This document shows positions 34,793 through 43,975 of a stretch of DNA of 64,000 nt, one piece after another. Source of the DNA: Sphingomonas sp. MMS24-J13. GTDB taxonomy: Bacteria; Pseudomonadota; Alphaproteobacteria; Sphingomonadales; Sphingomonadaceae. Position numbers and translations under genes: made by a program. Numbering within the stretch: the stretch's first letter is position 1; the number at the start of each line of letters is the position of its first letter. Below the pieces are notes generated by a model. That model was given only the letters and a program-made list of their open reading frames with translations, searched no databases and was not told the origin of the DNA. The stretch is taken from NCBI RefSeq assembly GCF_044905095.1, contig NZ_CP173258.1, positions 2,931,277-2,995,276 on the forward strand, in the 5' to 3' direction.

Positions 34793-35224
34793 TCAGCCCC
34801 CCGGCTTCATCTGCTGCATCATCGTGCGCAACTGGGCCAGTTCGGCCTTGTCGACGAAGTTGTCATGGTCGGCATCGGCGCGATCGAACAGCAACGGCGG
34901 CGCGGCGGCCAGCTCGGCCCTGGTGACCTTGCCGTCATGATCGCTGTCCATCGCCGCGATCATCGCGTCGATCCGGGCAGCGGCCTGCGGGCGGAACTTG
35001 AGGATCCGCGTGAAATCGAGGCGACTGATGACGCCATCGCCGTTGCGATCCAGGCGCGCAAAATCGGCGGCGCGGGCGGCGATGAACTCGGCGCGGCTGA
35101 TCCGGCCGTCATGATCGGTATCGGCCTTGTCGAGCATCGCGGCGGGATCGCGACCCGGCATCCGCGCCGAGGCGGGGATCGCGACGAGCGTTGCGGCAGC
35201 GGTGGCTAGGAGAAAGGTACGCAT
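34793..35224 (-). CDS. Secreted EF-hand calcium-binding protein (four EF-hand loops)
   Basis: Signal peptide, then DTDHDGRISRAEF, DRNGDGVISRLDF, DSDHDGKVTRAEL and DADHDNFVDKAEL loops. Confidence 0.7.
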   Translation of the reverse strand: MRTFLLATAAATLVAIPASARMPGRDPAAMLDKADTDHDGRISRAEFIAARAADFARLDRNGDGVISRLDFTRILKFRPQAAARIDAMIAAMDSDHDGKVTRAELAAAPPLLFDRADADHDNFVDKAELAQLRTMMQQMKPGG

Positions 35225-35262
35225 GGATTGTCCTTGATATCGGGACCGCACGTCTGACCTTA

Positions 35263-35293
35263 CCCGTCATCACCGCCTTCGCGGGAATGACGG
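35263..35293. repeat. Degenerate half-copy/hairpin of family A repeat (cccgtcatcaccgccttcgcgggaatgacgg)
   Basis: Shares the gtcat...gcgggaatgacg termini with elements at 3397 and 60258. Confidence 0.45.
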
Positions 35294-35319
35294 GGTCGTT
35301 CAAGCGCGGTCGAGGGGCT

Positions 35320-35727
35320 TCATTGCGGGGCGCGGGTCACCACACCGCTGACGGTCGCGCTGCTGCCGTCGATCCGGTTGCGCGTGGTGGAGAAACTGGC
35401 GGTGCCGTCGCCATTGGCAGTCGCCGTGGTGGATCGGCCGAAGCTTTCGCCGTTGTTGAGCGTGTGGGTGGCACCACCGGTGTAAGTGCCGTCGGCGACA
35501 CTGCCCGAACGGGTGCTGGTCACGCCGCGCCCCGAATTGGTCTGAAAGCTGCGATTGGCCGAAACGCTGCCGGGCTGGCGATCGACCGACCGCGCTGCGA
35601 CATAACCGCGCCCGCCCGAACCCTGCACGCTGACCGCACGGCCGTGGAAGCGCGCCTCGGCGGGCATTGCCGCCCAGGCGATCGTTGCGACGACGGCGGA
35701 CGCGGCAATGGTGGTGATGCGAAACAT
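35320..35727 (-). CDS. Small secreted Gly/Ser/Thr-rich hypothetical protein
   Basis: Signal peptide MFRITTIAASAVVATIAWAAMPAEA. Low-complexity mature part. High GC3. Confidence 0.4.
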   Translation of the reverse strand: MFRITTIAASAVVATIAWAAMPAEARFHGRAVSVQGSGGRGYVAARSVDRQPGSVSANRSFQTNSGRGVTSTRSGSVADGTYTGGATHTLNNGESFGRSTTATANGDGTASFSTTRNRIDGSSATVSGVVTRAPQ

Positions 35728-35875
35728 AAGCCAAACTCCTCTACGATTGCGGTGGAGGCTTTATGGCGGGGGCCGGTAAGCCGCTCTTCTCGGGGCGGTC
35801 ACGAAACGTAACGAAGTGTAACAGGCCTGACCCCGCCTCTTTTCGAGCTGGCTGGCGTGGCGCAATATTCCCGCC

Positions 35876-36592
35876 ATGAGCGCCAGCCTGATCGCCGTCG
35901 TCGAGGATGATAACGAGATAGGCTCACTCGTCACCGGACTGCTGACGCGCGAGGGGTTCGAAGCGGTCGGGTGCCGCACGGCCGAGGAATTCGATCGCGT
36001 CAACGAACGCCGCCGCGTCGATCTTGCCATCCTCGATGTGATGCTCCCGGGCGAGGACGGGCTCTCACTCTGCCGCCGGCTACGTGCGGTGGGTGACGTT
36101 CCGGTGCTGATGGTGACCGCCAAGGGCGAGGATGTCGATCGCATCGTCGGGCTCGAGATCGGCGCCGACGATTATCTGCCCAAGCCGTTCAACCCGCGCG
36201 AACTGATCGCGCGTATCCGTGCGATCCTGCGCCGCACGCGCGACCTGCATCGTGTCTCCGCCCCCCTGCCGAGCGAGCGCTATGCCTTCGCTGGCTGGAC
36301 GCTCGATGCCACCGCCCGCACTTTACTCGATCCGGACGACCATGAGGTCGAATTGACCGGCGGCGAATATGAATTGCTGCTGAGCTTCCTCACCCACCCC
36401 CGCCGCCTGCTCAACCGCGACCAGCTGCTCGACTGGACCCGCGGCCGCAACGCCGCCCCATTCGATCGCAGCATCGACGTCCAGCTCTCGCGATTGCGCC
36501 AGAAGCTCGCCGCCCATCCCAGCGGCGGCGCGCTGATCAAGACCGTGCGTGGTGGCGGCTATATCCTCGCCGCGGCAGTCGAGCGGACATGA
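35876..36592 (+). CDS. OmpR-family two-component response regulator
   Basis: REC (VEDDNEIG...DVMLPGEDG) plus winged-helix trans_reg_C (TGGEYELLLSFLTHPRRLL...LRQKL). Confidence 0.85.
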   Translation: MSASLIAVVEDDNEIGSLVTGLLTREGFEAVGCRTAEEFDRVNERRRVDLAILDVMLPGEDGLSLCRRLRAVGDVPVLMVTAKGEDVDRIVGLEIGADDYLPKPFNPRELIARIRAILRRTRDLHRVSAPLPSERYAFAGWTLDATARTLLDPDDHEVELTGGEYELLLSFLTHPRRLLNRDQLLDWTRGRNAAPFDRSIDVQLSRLRQKLAAHPSGGALIKTVRGGGYILAAAVERT

Positions 36593-37935
36593 TGGCGATC
36601 GGCGGCAATCTTGCGACGCGGATCACGGCTTTGCTGTTGATCGGCTTCGTACTCCTCCAGCTCGTCGTCTTCGCGCTGATGGCGCTGCCGAACCGAGGCA
36701 CGAGCCTCCGGCCCTATAATCTTCCATCGCCGTCCCAGCTCGGCGCGATGGCCGATGCGATCGAGCGTGCACCCGCAGCCGAGCGGCCACCGTTGCTCGC
36801 CCTGTTCAACGGATCGCTCTCCACCGTCCGCCTGCTGCCCGCCGCTCCGCCACGCGAAAGCGAGCCCGAGGCGGACGATCTGCGCGCGCTGGAGCGGGCC
36901 TATCGGGCGGCGCTGCCCGGCCGCGCGATCATCGTCGAAGGCGGTACCGGCCGGCTCAACCGCGCGCTGCGCCACCGGCCCGGACCGATACGCTTTCTAT
37001 CCCCGGTTCATCTGTTCGTCTCTTTGCAAGGCGGCGGTACGCTGGAGGTCGACAGCCGACCCTCGATGCTGGTGCGCAATTACCTGCGCCAGCGCGCCCT
37101 CCTCGGACTGATCGGCGGGCTGATGGTGCTCGCAGCACTCGCGTTCGGCATCCGCGCGACGACCCGCCCGCTCACGCGCATGAGCGCCGGTGTCCGTCGT
37201 TTCGCCACCGCGCTCGATGCGCCCGATCTGCCGGTCACGGGCGCGCGCGAGGTGCGCGAGCTTTCGAGCGCGTTCAACGAGATGAAGGCGCGGATCGGCG
37301 GATTGATCGGCGAGCGCACTCGCATGCTCGCGGCGATCGCGCACGACATGCGCACCTACCTCACCCGCCTGCGATTGCGCGCCGAATATATCGACGATGC
37401 CGAGCAGCGCACCAAGGCCGTGCAGGACCTGGACGAAATGGCGCTGCTGCTCGACGATACCTTGCTGTTCGCCAAAACCGACAATGGCGCCTCGTCCCAT
37501 CCCGAGCCGATCCACATCGCGACCGAACTGGCGCGGATCGTCGCGCAAAGGATCGAGATGGGATGCGCGGTGACGCTGGAGGGCGATGCCGCCGGCACGG
37601 TCATGGCCGATCGGATCGCGCTGCATCGCATGCTTGCCAACCTGATCGACAACGGCTTGCGCTACGGCACGAAGGTGAAGCTGACCGTGCACGAGACCGA
37701 CGAGATGACCCAGGTTGCCGTCGCCGATGATGGCCCGGGCGTCCCTGCCGACGCACTCACCCGGCTCGGCCAGCCCTATGCGCGGATCGATCCCTCGCGC
37801 GACCGCGCCAGCGGCGGCGCGGGGCTTGGCCTTGCGATCGTGCGCGCGCTGGCGGGCCAGATGGGGGCAAGGCTGACCCTGGCCAACCGGACGCCCCACG
37901 GCCTGCTGGCCACGCTGACATTCATGCGAGCGTGA
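36589..37935 (+). CDS. Sensor histidine kinase (EnvZ-like: 2 TM, HAMP, HisKA, HATPase_c)
   Basis: ATGA overlap with the regulator stop. H-box AAIAHDMRTYLTRL. G-boxes DDGPGVP and GGAGLGLAIV. Confidence 0.8.
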   Translation: MMAIGGNLATRITALLLIGFVLLQLVVFALMALPNRGTSLRPYNLPSPSQLGAMADAIERAPAAERPPLLALFNGSLSTVRLLPAAPPRESEPEADDLRALERAYRAALPGRAIIVEGGTGRLNRALRHRPGPIRFLSPVHLFVSLQGGGTLEVDSRPSMLVRNYLRQRALLGLIGGLMVLAALAFGIRATTRPLTRMSAGVRRFATALDAPDLPVTGAREVRELSSAFNEMKARIGGLIGERTRMLAAIAHDMRTYLTRLRLRAEYIDDAEQRTKAVQDLDEMALLLDDTLLFAKTDNGASSHPEPIHIATELARIVAQRIEMGCAVTLEGDAAGTVMADRIALHRMLANLIDNGLRYGTKVKLTVHETDEMTQVAVADDGPGVPADALTRLGQPYARIDPSRDRASGGAGLGLAIVRALAGQMGARLTLANRTPHGLLATLTFMRA

Positions 37936-38166
37936 CGTTTCGCTGCCAGGTGATTCTCTATTTTCCTGCCTTATGAGACGTTTCGCAGGATCTCGCGAGC
38001 GCTTCCCCTCCTATCGCGCAAAGAAATATAAACGATCGTTAACCAGCTAAGTCTGCCATTTCGCCATTGTATCCTGCGAGAGGCCAATGCCTTCGAAACG
38101 CATCCCTTTGACATCGGTAAACGTAGTTTTTAGGCTTTTGCGCTGAGTGGTTCGCAAACCGCGAAC

Positions 38167-39348
38167 ATGTTCCCGGCGAGTATGCCAGTGCTGATCATTG
38201 CTGGCGTTCCCTTGGCTGTGGGACTGCTATTCTCGACCGCGATCCATATCGTCTGGCGACGACGCCGCGAGGCCCGCCATGCCCGCACCTGGAGCCTGGC
38301 TTTCGCCGTGATCGCGGCGGGCTGGGGGCTGACGATCATGACCGGATGGATCGCCGGCTCATCGCCCGTGCCCGGGATTGCAGCAAGCCTATCCTGGCTC
38401 GCGGCCGCCTTGCTGTTCGTCCACGGGCTGCGTCAGCGCGAGCGGCGGGCCGATCGCGGCGCGGTGCTTGCCGCGATCTGGGCTGCCATCGCAGTCTGCG
38501 ACGGCCTGCTGATCGATATGAATCCGGGACGATTTCCGCTTCTGTCCGGCGGCGCACCCGTCCTCACGGCGATCGGGCTGCTGCTGGCGGCGATCGCGGT
38601 CGGCCCGCGCCTCCGCCGGAGCGGTTCGCTCGATTGGATCGCCGCCGCTTTGCTGCTGAGCTTCGCGACAGGCAATATCCTGCTCGACGCACTGATGATC
38701 GCGGATGGATCGGCCTTTCCGATGATCCTCATCGTGCCGCTGTTGAGTGTAATCATCTATGTCGGCCTCGGGCTGGCGGCGATGCTGCTGCTATCCGAAG
38801 ATCTCACGATCGCGCTCGAGCGGGTCGCCCGCATCGATCCGCTGACCGGGCTATGGAACCGGCGCGCATTCAACGAAGCGGCCCCCCATATGCTCGAGCA
38901 GTTGGCATCGTCGCAGATGCCGTTGCAGGCTTCGGTGGCTTTGTCGGACATCGATGCGTTCAAGAGCATCAACGATCGCTTCGGACATAATGTCGGCGAC
39001 GAGGTGCTGGCGGAATTTGCCCGGACGCTGAAAAACGAGATGGGCCACAACGACCTGCTCGCGAGGCTGGGAGGCGAGGAGTTCGTCTTGCTGGCGATCG
39101 GCCTCGACGGGCCGGCCCTGCTCGAGCGGGTCGAACTGCTGCGCAAGGCGATCGGCGTCCGGCATTATGCCGATGGCAGGCTGCCCCCGATCACGGCCAG
39201 CTTCGGCGTTGCGGAAATCTCGCCCTACACGCTCGGCCTGCGCGATGCGCTCGAGCGTGCCGACCGCGCACTCTACAGCGCCAAGGAGAATGGCCGCAAT
39301 TGCTCGGTGCTCGATCCGACCCCCGACGGCGACGAGCCGAACACGTAG
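38167..39348 (+). CDS. Membrane diguanylate cyclase (multi-TM N-terminal sensor + GGDEF)
   Basis: Six or more TM helices, then GGDEF with RLGGEEFVLL. Confidence 0.8.
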   Translation: MFPASMPVLIIAGVPLAVGLLFSTAIHIVWRRRREARHARTWSLAFAVIAAGWGLTIMTGWIAGSSPVPGIAASLSWLAAALLFVHGLRQRERRADRGAVLAAIWAAIAVCDGLLIDMNPGRFPLLSGGAPVLTAIGLLLAAIAVGPRLRRSGSLDWIAAALLLSFATGNILLDALMIADGSAFPMILIVPLLSVIIYVGLGLAAMLLLSEDLTIALERVARIDPLTGLWNRRAFNEAAPHMLEQLASSQMPLQASVALSDIDAFKSINDRFGHNVGDEVLAEFARTLKNEMGHNDLLARLGGEEFVLLAIGLDGPALLERVELLRKAIGVRHYADGRLPPITASFGVAEISPYTLGLRDALERADRALYSAKENGRNCSVLDPTPDGDEPNT

Positions 39349-39420
39349 AAAATCCGCCTCAGCACCGGCAGGCGCATACCACATTTAAACGCGGATGCGC
39401 GACGGCTCGTCATGACTGCG

Positions 39421-39624
39421 TCAGGCGTTGGACGGGGATCCGTTCGGCATCGACATGCCGGTACCGATACGCGCAGTGCGGTCGGCGTCATCGATCGCGG
39501 CGAGCAACGTATCGAAGCTGGTGATCCGCTCGATCGGATAGACGCGGCGCAGCCCCTCGCCGAGGCCGCGCAAGTCCGCCTCGGTCAAGAAAGCCACGGC
39601 TACGATGCGATCATCTTGCCCCAT
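39421..39624 (-). CDS. Hypothetical small protein (67 aa)
   Basis: High GC3 codon usage. No homology recognised. Confidence 0.25.
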   Translation of the reverse strand: MGQDDRIVAVAFLTEADLRGLGEGLRRVYPIERITSFDTLLAAIDDADRTARIGTGMSMPNGSPSNA

Positions 39625-39744
39625 ATCACCCCAACGCGTCAGTCGCCGATCGGACCCATGACAAAGTGTTTTGATTGACCCCGGTTAAAGACACCGGAAG
39701 TGGCGCGTGAGACATTCTCGTCCTGATGGAATGGGACGACGGAC

Positions 39745-39933
39745 ATGGGCATGCAAAGCTCGACGGATCGGGATTATCTGCGCAAGCGCGAAGTCGAGGA
39801 GCGTGAGGCTGCGGCGAAAGCGGCGGATGGTGCCAGGCTGATCCACCTGGAACTCGCCAAGCTCTATGCCATGCGGCTGGAGCGTGACGATGACGGGCCG
39901 TTGCTGCGCGCTGTCGGCGGATCGAACGCCTGA
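39745..39933 (+). CDS. Hypothetical small charged protein (62 aa)
   Basis: High GC3. Lys/Arg/Glu-rich helix. 81 nt upstream of the ClpP-like gene on the same strand. Confidence 0.3.
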   Translation: MGMQSSTDRDYLRKREVEEREAAAKAADGARLIHLELAKLYAMRLERDDDGPLLRAVGGSNA

Positions 39934-40014
39934 CATCGATAAATCGTTTTTTCCATGAACTCTGGCGCCCATAGCGGCGTTGTCGCGCCTCTATTCTCTC
40001 AACTCAGGTGATCG

Positions 40015-40587
40015 ATGGTGGCGCAAGAGCTTCAGCCCGGCGACTTTCTCGATCCGGCTATCATCCTATCGGGGCCGGTCGACTATGACATGTATGCCTC
40101 GTTCCGCGAGCAACTGCGCCGTGCGCCGGATACGGGCCTCGTGGTAACGACGCTCGCGACGCTCGGTGGCGACCCCGAGGTGGCACGGGTCATGGGCGAG
40201 GATATCCGCTTCCACAGCGATCATGAGGCCGAGAAGCGCCGCTTCGTCTTTCTCGGCAAGGCAGCGATCTATTCGGCCGGCACGACCTTCATGAGCTTCT
40301 TCGCGCCGGAAAATCGCTATCTCACCCGCGGCACCCGGCTGATGGTTCACGAGCGCAAATTATCGAAGCAGCTTTCTATCGATGGCCCGCTGACGACCTG
40401 CATCGCCACCGTCCAGGCGCAGCTGAACGAGATCGAAGCATCGATCGCGATCCAGAACGAGGGGTTCGAAAACCTTATCCGCGGATCGCGGGTAACGATC
40501 GACGAGGTTCTCGAGAAGGCGCCAAACAACTGGTATATCGAGGCCAATGAAGCCCTGTCGCTCGGGCTGATCCACGCAGTCCTGTAA
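40015..40587 (+). CDS. ClpP-fold serine peptidase-like protein (short S14/SDH-type)
   Basis: ClpP-like Ser (AAIYSAGTTF) and His (TRLMVHER) contexts, and the C-terminal ANEALSLGLIHAVL helix. Confidence 0.55.
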   Translation: MVAQELQPGDFLDPAIILSGPVDYDMYASFREQLRRAPDTGLVVTTLATLGGDPEVARVMGEDIRFHSDHEAEKRRFVFLGKAAIYSAGTTFMSFFAPENRYLTRGTRLMVHERKLSKQLSIDGPLTTCIATVQAQLNEIEASIAIQNEGFENLIRGSRVTIDEVLEKAPNNWYIEANEALSLGLIHAVL

Positions 40588-40590
40588 ACC

Positions 40591-40611
40591 CCCTCCCCGC
40601 CGGGGAGAGGG
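40591..40611. terminator. Bidirectional terminator hairpin ccctccccgccggggagaggg
   Basis: GC stem between convergent stops 40587 and 40618. Confidence 0.6.
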
Positions 40612-40617
40612 AATCTT

Positions 40618-41145
40618 CTAGCCCTTGACTTTCACCGCTGACATCTTCGCTTGGGGCAACTTGCCGGCATCCGCCAGAGCCTTCAATTCGGCCTTGCGCG
40701 TGGCAAGCTCAGCGCCCAGCTTGTCCATGTCGAGATCGGTGTGGCTAGCCTGCGAAAACATGCCGCGCAGCCACTTCTCTTCCTCCTGGACATGGTGCCT
40801 TATCTCTTCTGAGAGAACCTTCACCTTGGCATCGTAATAGGGATCGGTCGGCTTCGCGGCCACGAGATCGTTGATCAGCACCTTGGCGCCATCATGCTCG
40901 ACCACCCCTTCGTCGACGATATCGGCATCGATCTTCGGCCGTACGGCGGGATAGAAGATCTCTTCCTCGATGATCGTGTGGATCTTGAGTTCGTTGCAGA
41001 TCTGCTCGACCAGCCGGGCTTTGGTATCCGAACGCCGGGCCTTGTCGAATTCTTCGAACAGGCCGTCCACGGCACGATGGTCGGCCTTGAGCAGGCTGAT
41101 CGCGTCGATCGGCTTGGGCGGCGCCTTGGTCGATGCTTTAGCCAT
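40618..41145 (-). CDS. Hemerythrin HHE cation-binding domain protein
   Basis: H..D/HxxxE patterns (LKADHRAV, HTIIEEEIFYP, HHVQEEE). Start taken at MAKAST, giving an 8-nt overlap with the upstream gene. Confidence 0.7.
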   Translation of the reverse strand: MAKASTKAPPKPIDAISLLKADHRAVDGLFEEFDKARRSDTKARLVEQICNELKIHTIIEEEIFYPAVRPKIDADIVDEGVVEHDGAKVLINDLVAAKPTDPYYDAKVKVLSEEIRHHVQEEEKWLRGMFSQASHTDLDMDKLGAELATRKAELKALADAGKLPQAKMSAVKVKG

Positions 41146-42067
41146 GATAGGTGTCTCCATTCGAGGCGTCGAACCAGAGGATCGCCCGGTATCGATCGAA
41201 ACAGCGTGCGCCGCAGGTCAGGCGCATGAGCGCGCCTTCGGCGATCGCGGTCGCGCGGCGCGGATCCTCTCGCACCAGCGGTATCAGCGCCTCGCGGTTC
41301 CAGTCCTCGCTGTGCTTGACGTCGAGCACGGCATGGAGATCGAAATAGCGCCGTTCGCGATCGGACAGCCCGATGCGACGCAGCCCTGCCGCAACGCAGG
41401 CCGACCGTCCCGGTGCGGTCAATTCGATCACGCCGAGTGCGCCGACCGAATGCCAGGCATAACGCCGGCTCGTCGCCATGGCGGTCATCGCGTTTGCGAG
41501 CGCCAGGCTTTCCCACACGGTGTTCTCGATGACTGGCGTGACCGCGAGCGTTTCGACCAGCGTATCGAGCATCGGCCCGTGCATGCCCCTGGCATTGCCG
41601 CGGCCCATCTCATCCCAATAATTCCGCGCCAGTTCGAGCTTGGCCTGGACCGGTAATTTGACTTGCGTAAGCGCGACGAGATCGTCGAAGCCGGCTTCGC
41701 CGGCGGCCTCCTGTTCGAAGAACCAGCGCAGTTGATCACGATCGGCCTGCTCCGCGAGCCAGGGAAACAGAGCATCGCCTTGCCCCGGCCCAACTTGCTT
41801 TAAGTCCTCGAACCAGGAGACGAACGCCTCTGCCTCGGTCGGTGCCTCGGCCGCCTGATCGATCACGCTCACGCGCAATTCTTCGAGATAGGCACCTTCC
41901 AACCGTTGCATGCGCAGGTCGCGCTCCAGCGTCTTCTGCCAGCCGGTATCGGGGAAACCCGGTGCGAGCCGCTCGCGATTCCAATGTGCGAGCCCACGTT
42001 GGAAACTGTCGGTGAGAAATTGCGATCGGGCATGGCTTTGCCCGCGTGCATCGATGGAATGCAGCAT
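41138..42067 (-). CDS. Heme-oxygenase-like fold 'iron-containing redox enzyme family' protein
   Basis: Helical protein with conserved E/H ligand pattern (ELARNYWDEMGRGN...HGPM..., DLHAVLDVKHSEDW). Overlaps the hemerythrin gene. Confidence 0.55.
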   Translation of the reverse strand: MLHSIDARGQSHARSQFLTDSFQRGLAHWNRERLAPGFPDTGWQKTLERDLRMQRLEGAYLEELRVSVIDQAAEAPTEAEAFVSWFEDLKQVGPGQGDALFPWLAEQADRDQLRWFFEQEAAGEAGFDDLVALTQVKLPVQAKLELARNYWDEMGRGNARGMHGPMLDTLVETLAVTPVIENTVWESLALANAMTAMATSRRYAWHSVGALGVIELTAPGRSACVAAGLRRIGLSDRERRYFDLHAVLDVKHSEDWNREALIPLVREDPRRATAIAEGALMRLTCGARCFDRYRAILWFDASNGDTYHG

Positions 42068-42206
42068 CTTAGCTCCTGAACTGGTGAGGGGCCCGATTGC
42101 CGTTGACCCGGTCGAACATGAGGGAAGAACTGCCCACGGCGCCCGGAGTTGCCGAACATCTGCACAATTAACGAAGGTTAGGACGAATCATGCCTTGCCT
42201 TGGGCC

Positions 42207-42449
42207 CTAACGTCCGACGATTTTGACCGCCTCGGAAAAGGGAATGTTCGCGAGAATTGTCCCTTCGTCATCGACGATCTCGAGCCGGCCATCCAGGTTC
42301 AGTTCGCCCTCCAGCACCTCTGCGCTCAGAAAGGAGCGAATGCCTTCGAGGCCCGCTCGGCGCGCGGCTGCCAGATCGGCGAAATTCGCCCCTTCGGGGT
42401 CGAGCACAGCGCCTACGCTGTTATAAACGTTCAACCGCAGATGAGGCAT
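42207..42449 (-). CDS. DUF6894-like small protein
   Basis: Start MPHLRLNVYNSVGAVLDPEG...ADLAAARRAG matches the DUF6894 pattern (MPRYxFxxxDG...D.EG.E..D..AAR). Confidence 0.5.
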   Translation of the reverse strand: MPHLRLNVYNSVGAVLDPEGANFADLAAARRAGLEGIRSFLSAEVLEGELNLDGRLEIVDDEGTILANIPFSEAVKIVGR

Positions 42450-42508
42450 GCGCCCAAAAATGCTTCTAACCCCGCGGAGTTTCACAATTAACCCGTGTTT
42501 GGTCGATT

Positions 42509-43249
42509 CTAAGCATCGGCCTTGCGAAGTTGCAGGTAGGCGGCATCGAATTCGCCGATCGTCGCGAGCCGATCGAAATCGCAGATCCGGACGCTATCGG
42601 CTTCCTTGGTCACGATCCCGTCCTCGCGCAACCGCTTGAGCACGCGGTTGAGGTGGATAGGGGTGAGGCCGACCGCATCGGCCAGATTGATCTGGGTAAT
42701 CGCGAACGGGAAGCAGCCGTCCTCGCCAAGCCCGATCGCACGATAGCGCAGGCTCATTTCGCAAAGCAGATGTGCGACCCGCGCCGCCGCATCCTTGCGC
42801 GCGATATTGACGTTCCATTGCGCCATCACATTGCCGTCGACGACGCAATCGCGCCAGAAAGCGAGCGCGATCGCGGGGAAGCGAACGGTCAGATCGGTGA
42901 GCGCGGCGTGGGGCACGCGCAGGATCGTGGTCGGCACGACGGCATGCAACGCCCAGGTCACGTTGGGCATCACGACAGAATGGAGATCGGCCATATCGCC
43001 CGGGATGTGGAAGGCGACGAAACCACGGGTGCCGTTTCTGATCTGCGCGAAACGCGCAACCAAACCGTCGACGATCAGGCAGGCATGTTTGATCTTGTCG
43101 CCGATGCGGACGAAATCATGTTGCACGTCGACAATGCTGGCGGATGCCGGCAATCTGAGGATCGCCTGCTTCTCCTCATCGGACAGAACCGATCGCACGA
43201 GCAATCGATCGAGATACAGGGCCAGCGCCTGCTCAACAGTTCGTATCAT
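42509..43249 (-). CDS. Crp/Fnr-family transcriptional regulator
   Basis: cNMP-binding-like beta-roll plus C-terminal HTH (ITQINLADAVGLTPIHLNRVLKRLREDGIV). Confidence 0.8.
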   Translation of the reverse strand: MIRTVEQALALYLDRLLVRSVLSDEEKQAILRLPASASIVDVQHDFVRIGDKIKHACLIVDGLVARFAQIRNGTRGFVAFHIPGDMADLHSVVMPNVTWALHAVVPTTILRVPHAALTDLTVRFPAIALAFWRDCVVDGNVMAQWNVNIARKDAAARVAHLLCEMSLRYRAIGLGEDGCFPFAITQINLADAVGLTPIHLNRVLKRLREDGIVTKEADSVRICDFDRLATIGEFDAAYLQLRKADA

Positions 43250-43305
43250 TGATGCCTCCGCCGCGCATATCGAAACAGCGCGGCGAGAGTTCCGTCCAAT
43301 GAGTG

Positions 43306-43956
43306 TCAGGCCAGTTCGGCGATCATGCTTTTCGCGCGGGCGACGGCCGCATCGCGCTGCTCGTCACCAAGCTTCACGCCTTCGGCGACGACAACCTCCA
43401 GATCGGTGACGCCGAACGTGGCGAACACCGTGCGCAGCCAGGTTTCGGCATGCTCGGCATCGCGCCCGGGCGTGCCCGGCGCATAGATCCCACCGCGCGC
43501 AATCGCGAGGATCACCTTCTTGCTCCCGGCCAGGCCCTCCGGGCCCGCGGCGGTATAGCGAAAGGTCTTTCCCGGCACGAACAGCCGGTCGACCCACGCC
43601 TTGAGCTGGGTCGGTACGGTGAAATTATAGAGCGCGACGCCGATCACGACCGTGTCGGCGGCAAGGAATTCATCGAGCGCATCTGCATCCTGCGCATGCG
43701 CCTGCCCGGCCATCAACGCGGCGATCCCCTCGCCGCTCAGGTGCGCCAGCGGATCGGCAGCGAGATCGCGATAGGTGACCGTCGCATCGGGATGAACCGC
43801 GCTCAACCGCGCCACCGCTGCCGCGGACAGATCACGGCTGATCGAATGGGGCCCGAGGATACTCGAATTGATATGGAGGATCTGCATGGTCGTGCTCCGG
43901 TCTGGAATTGTGACCTGGACCACATATGTGACTCTGCGTGCCTGCCAAGGAGGCAT
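43306..43956 (-). CDS. azoR: FMN-dependent NADH-azoreductase / NAD(P)H quinone oxidoreductase
   Basis: MQILHINSSILGPHSISR N-terminus and flavodoxin-like fold pattern. Confidence 0.75.
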   Translation of the reverse strand: MPPWQARRVTYVVQVTIPDRSTTMQILHINSSILGPHSISRDLSAAAVARLSAVHPDATVTYRDLAADPLAHLSGEGIAALMAGQAHAQDADALDEFLAADTVVIGVALYNFTVPTQLKAWVDRLFVPGKTFRYTAAGPEGLAGSKKVILAIARGGIYAPGTPGRDAEHAETWLRTVFATFGVTDLEVVVAEGVKLGDEQRDAAVARAKSMIAELA

Positions 43957-43975
43957 ATTTCGAGGACCTGGTCAT

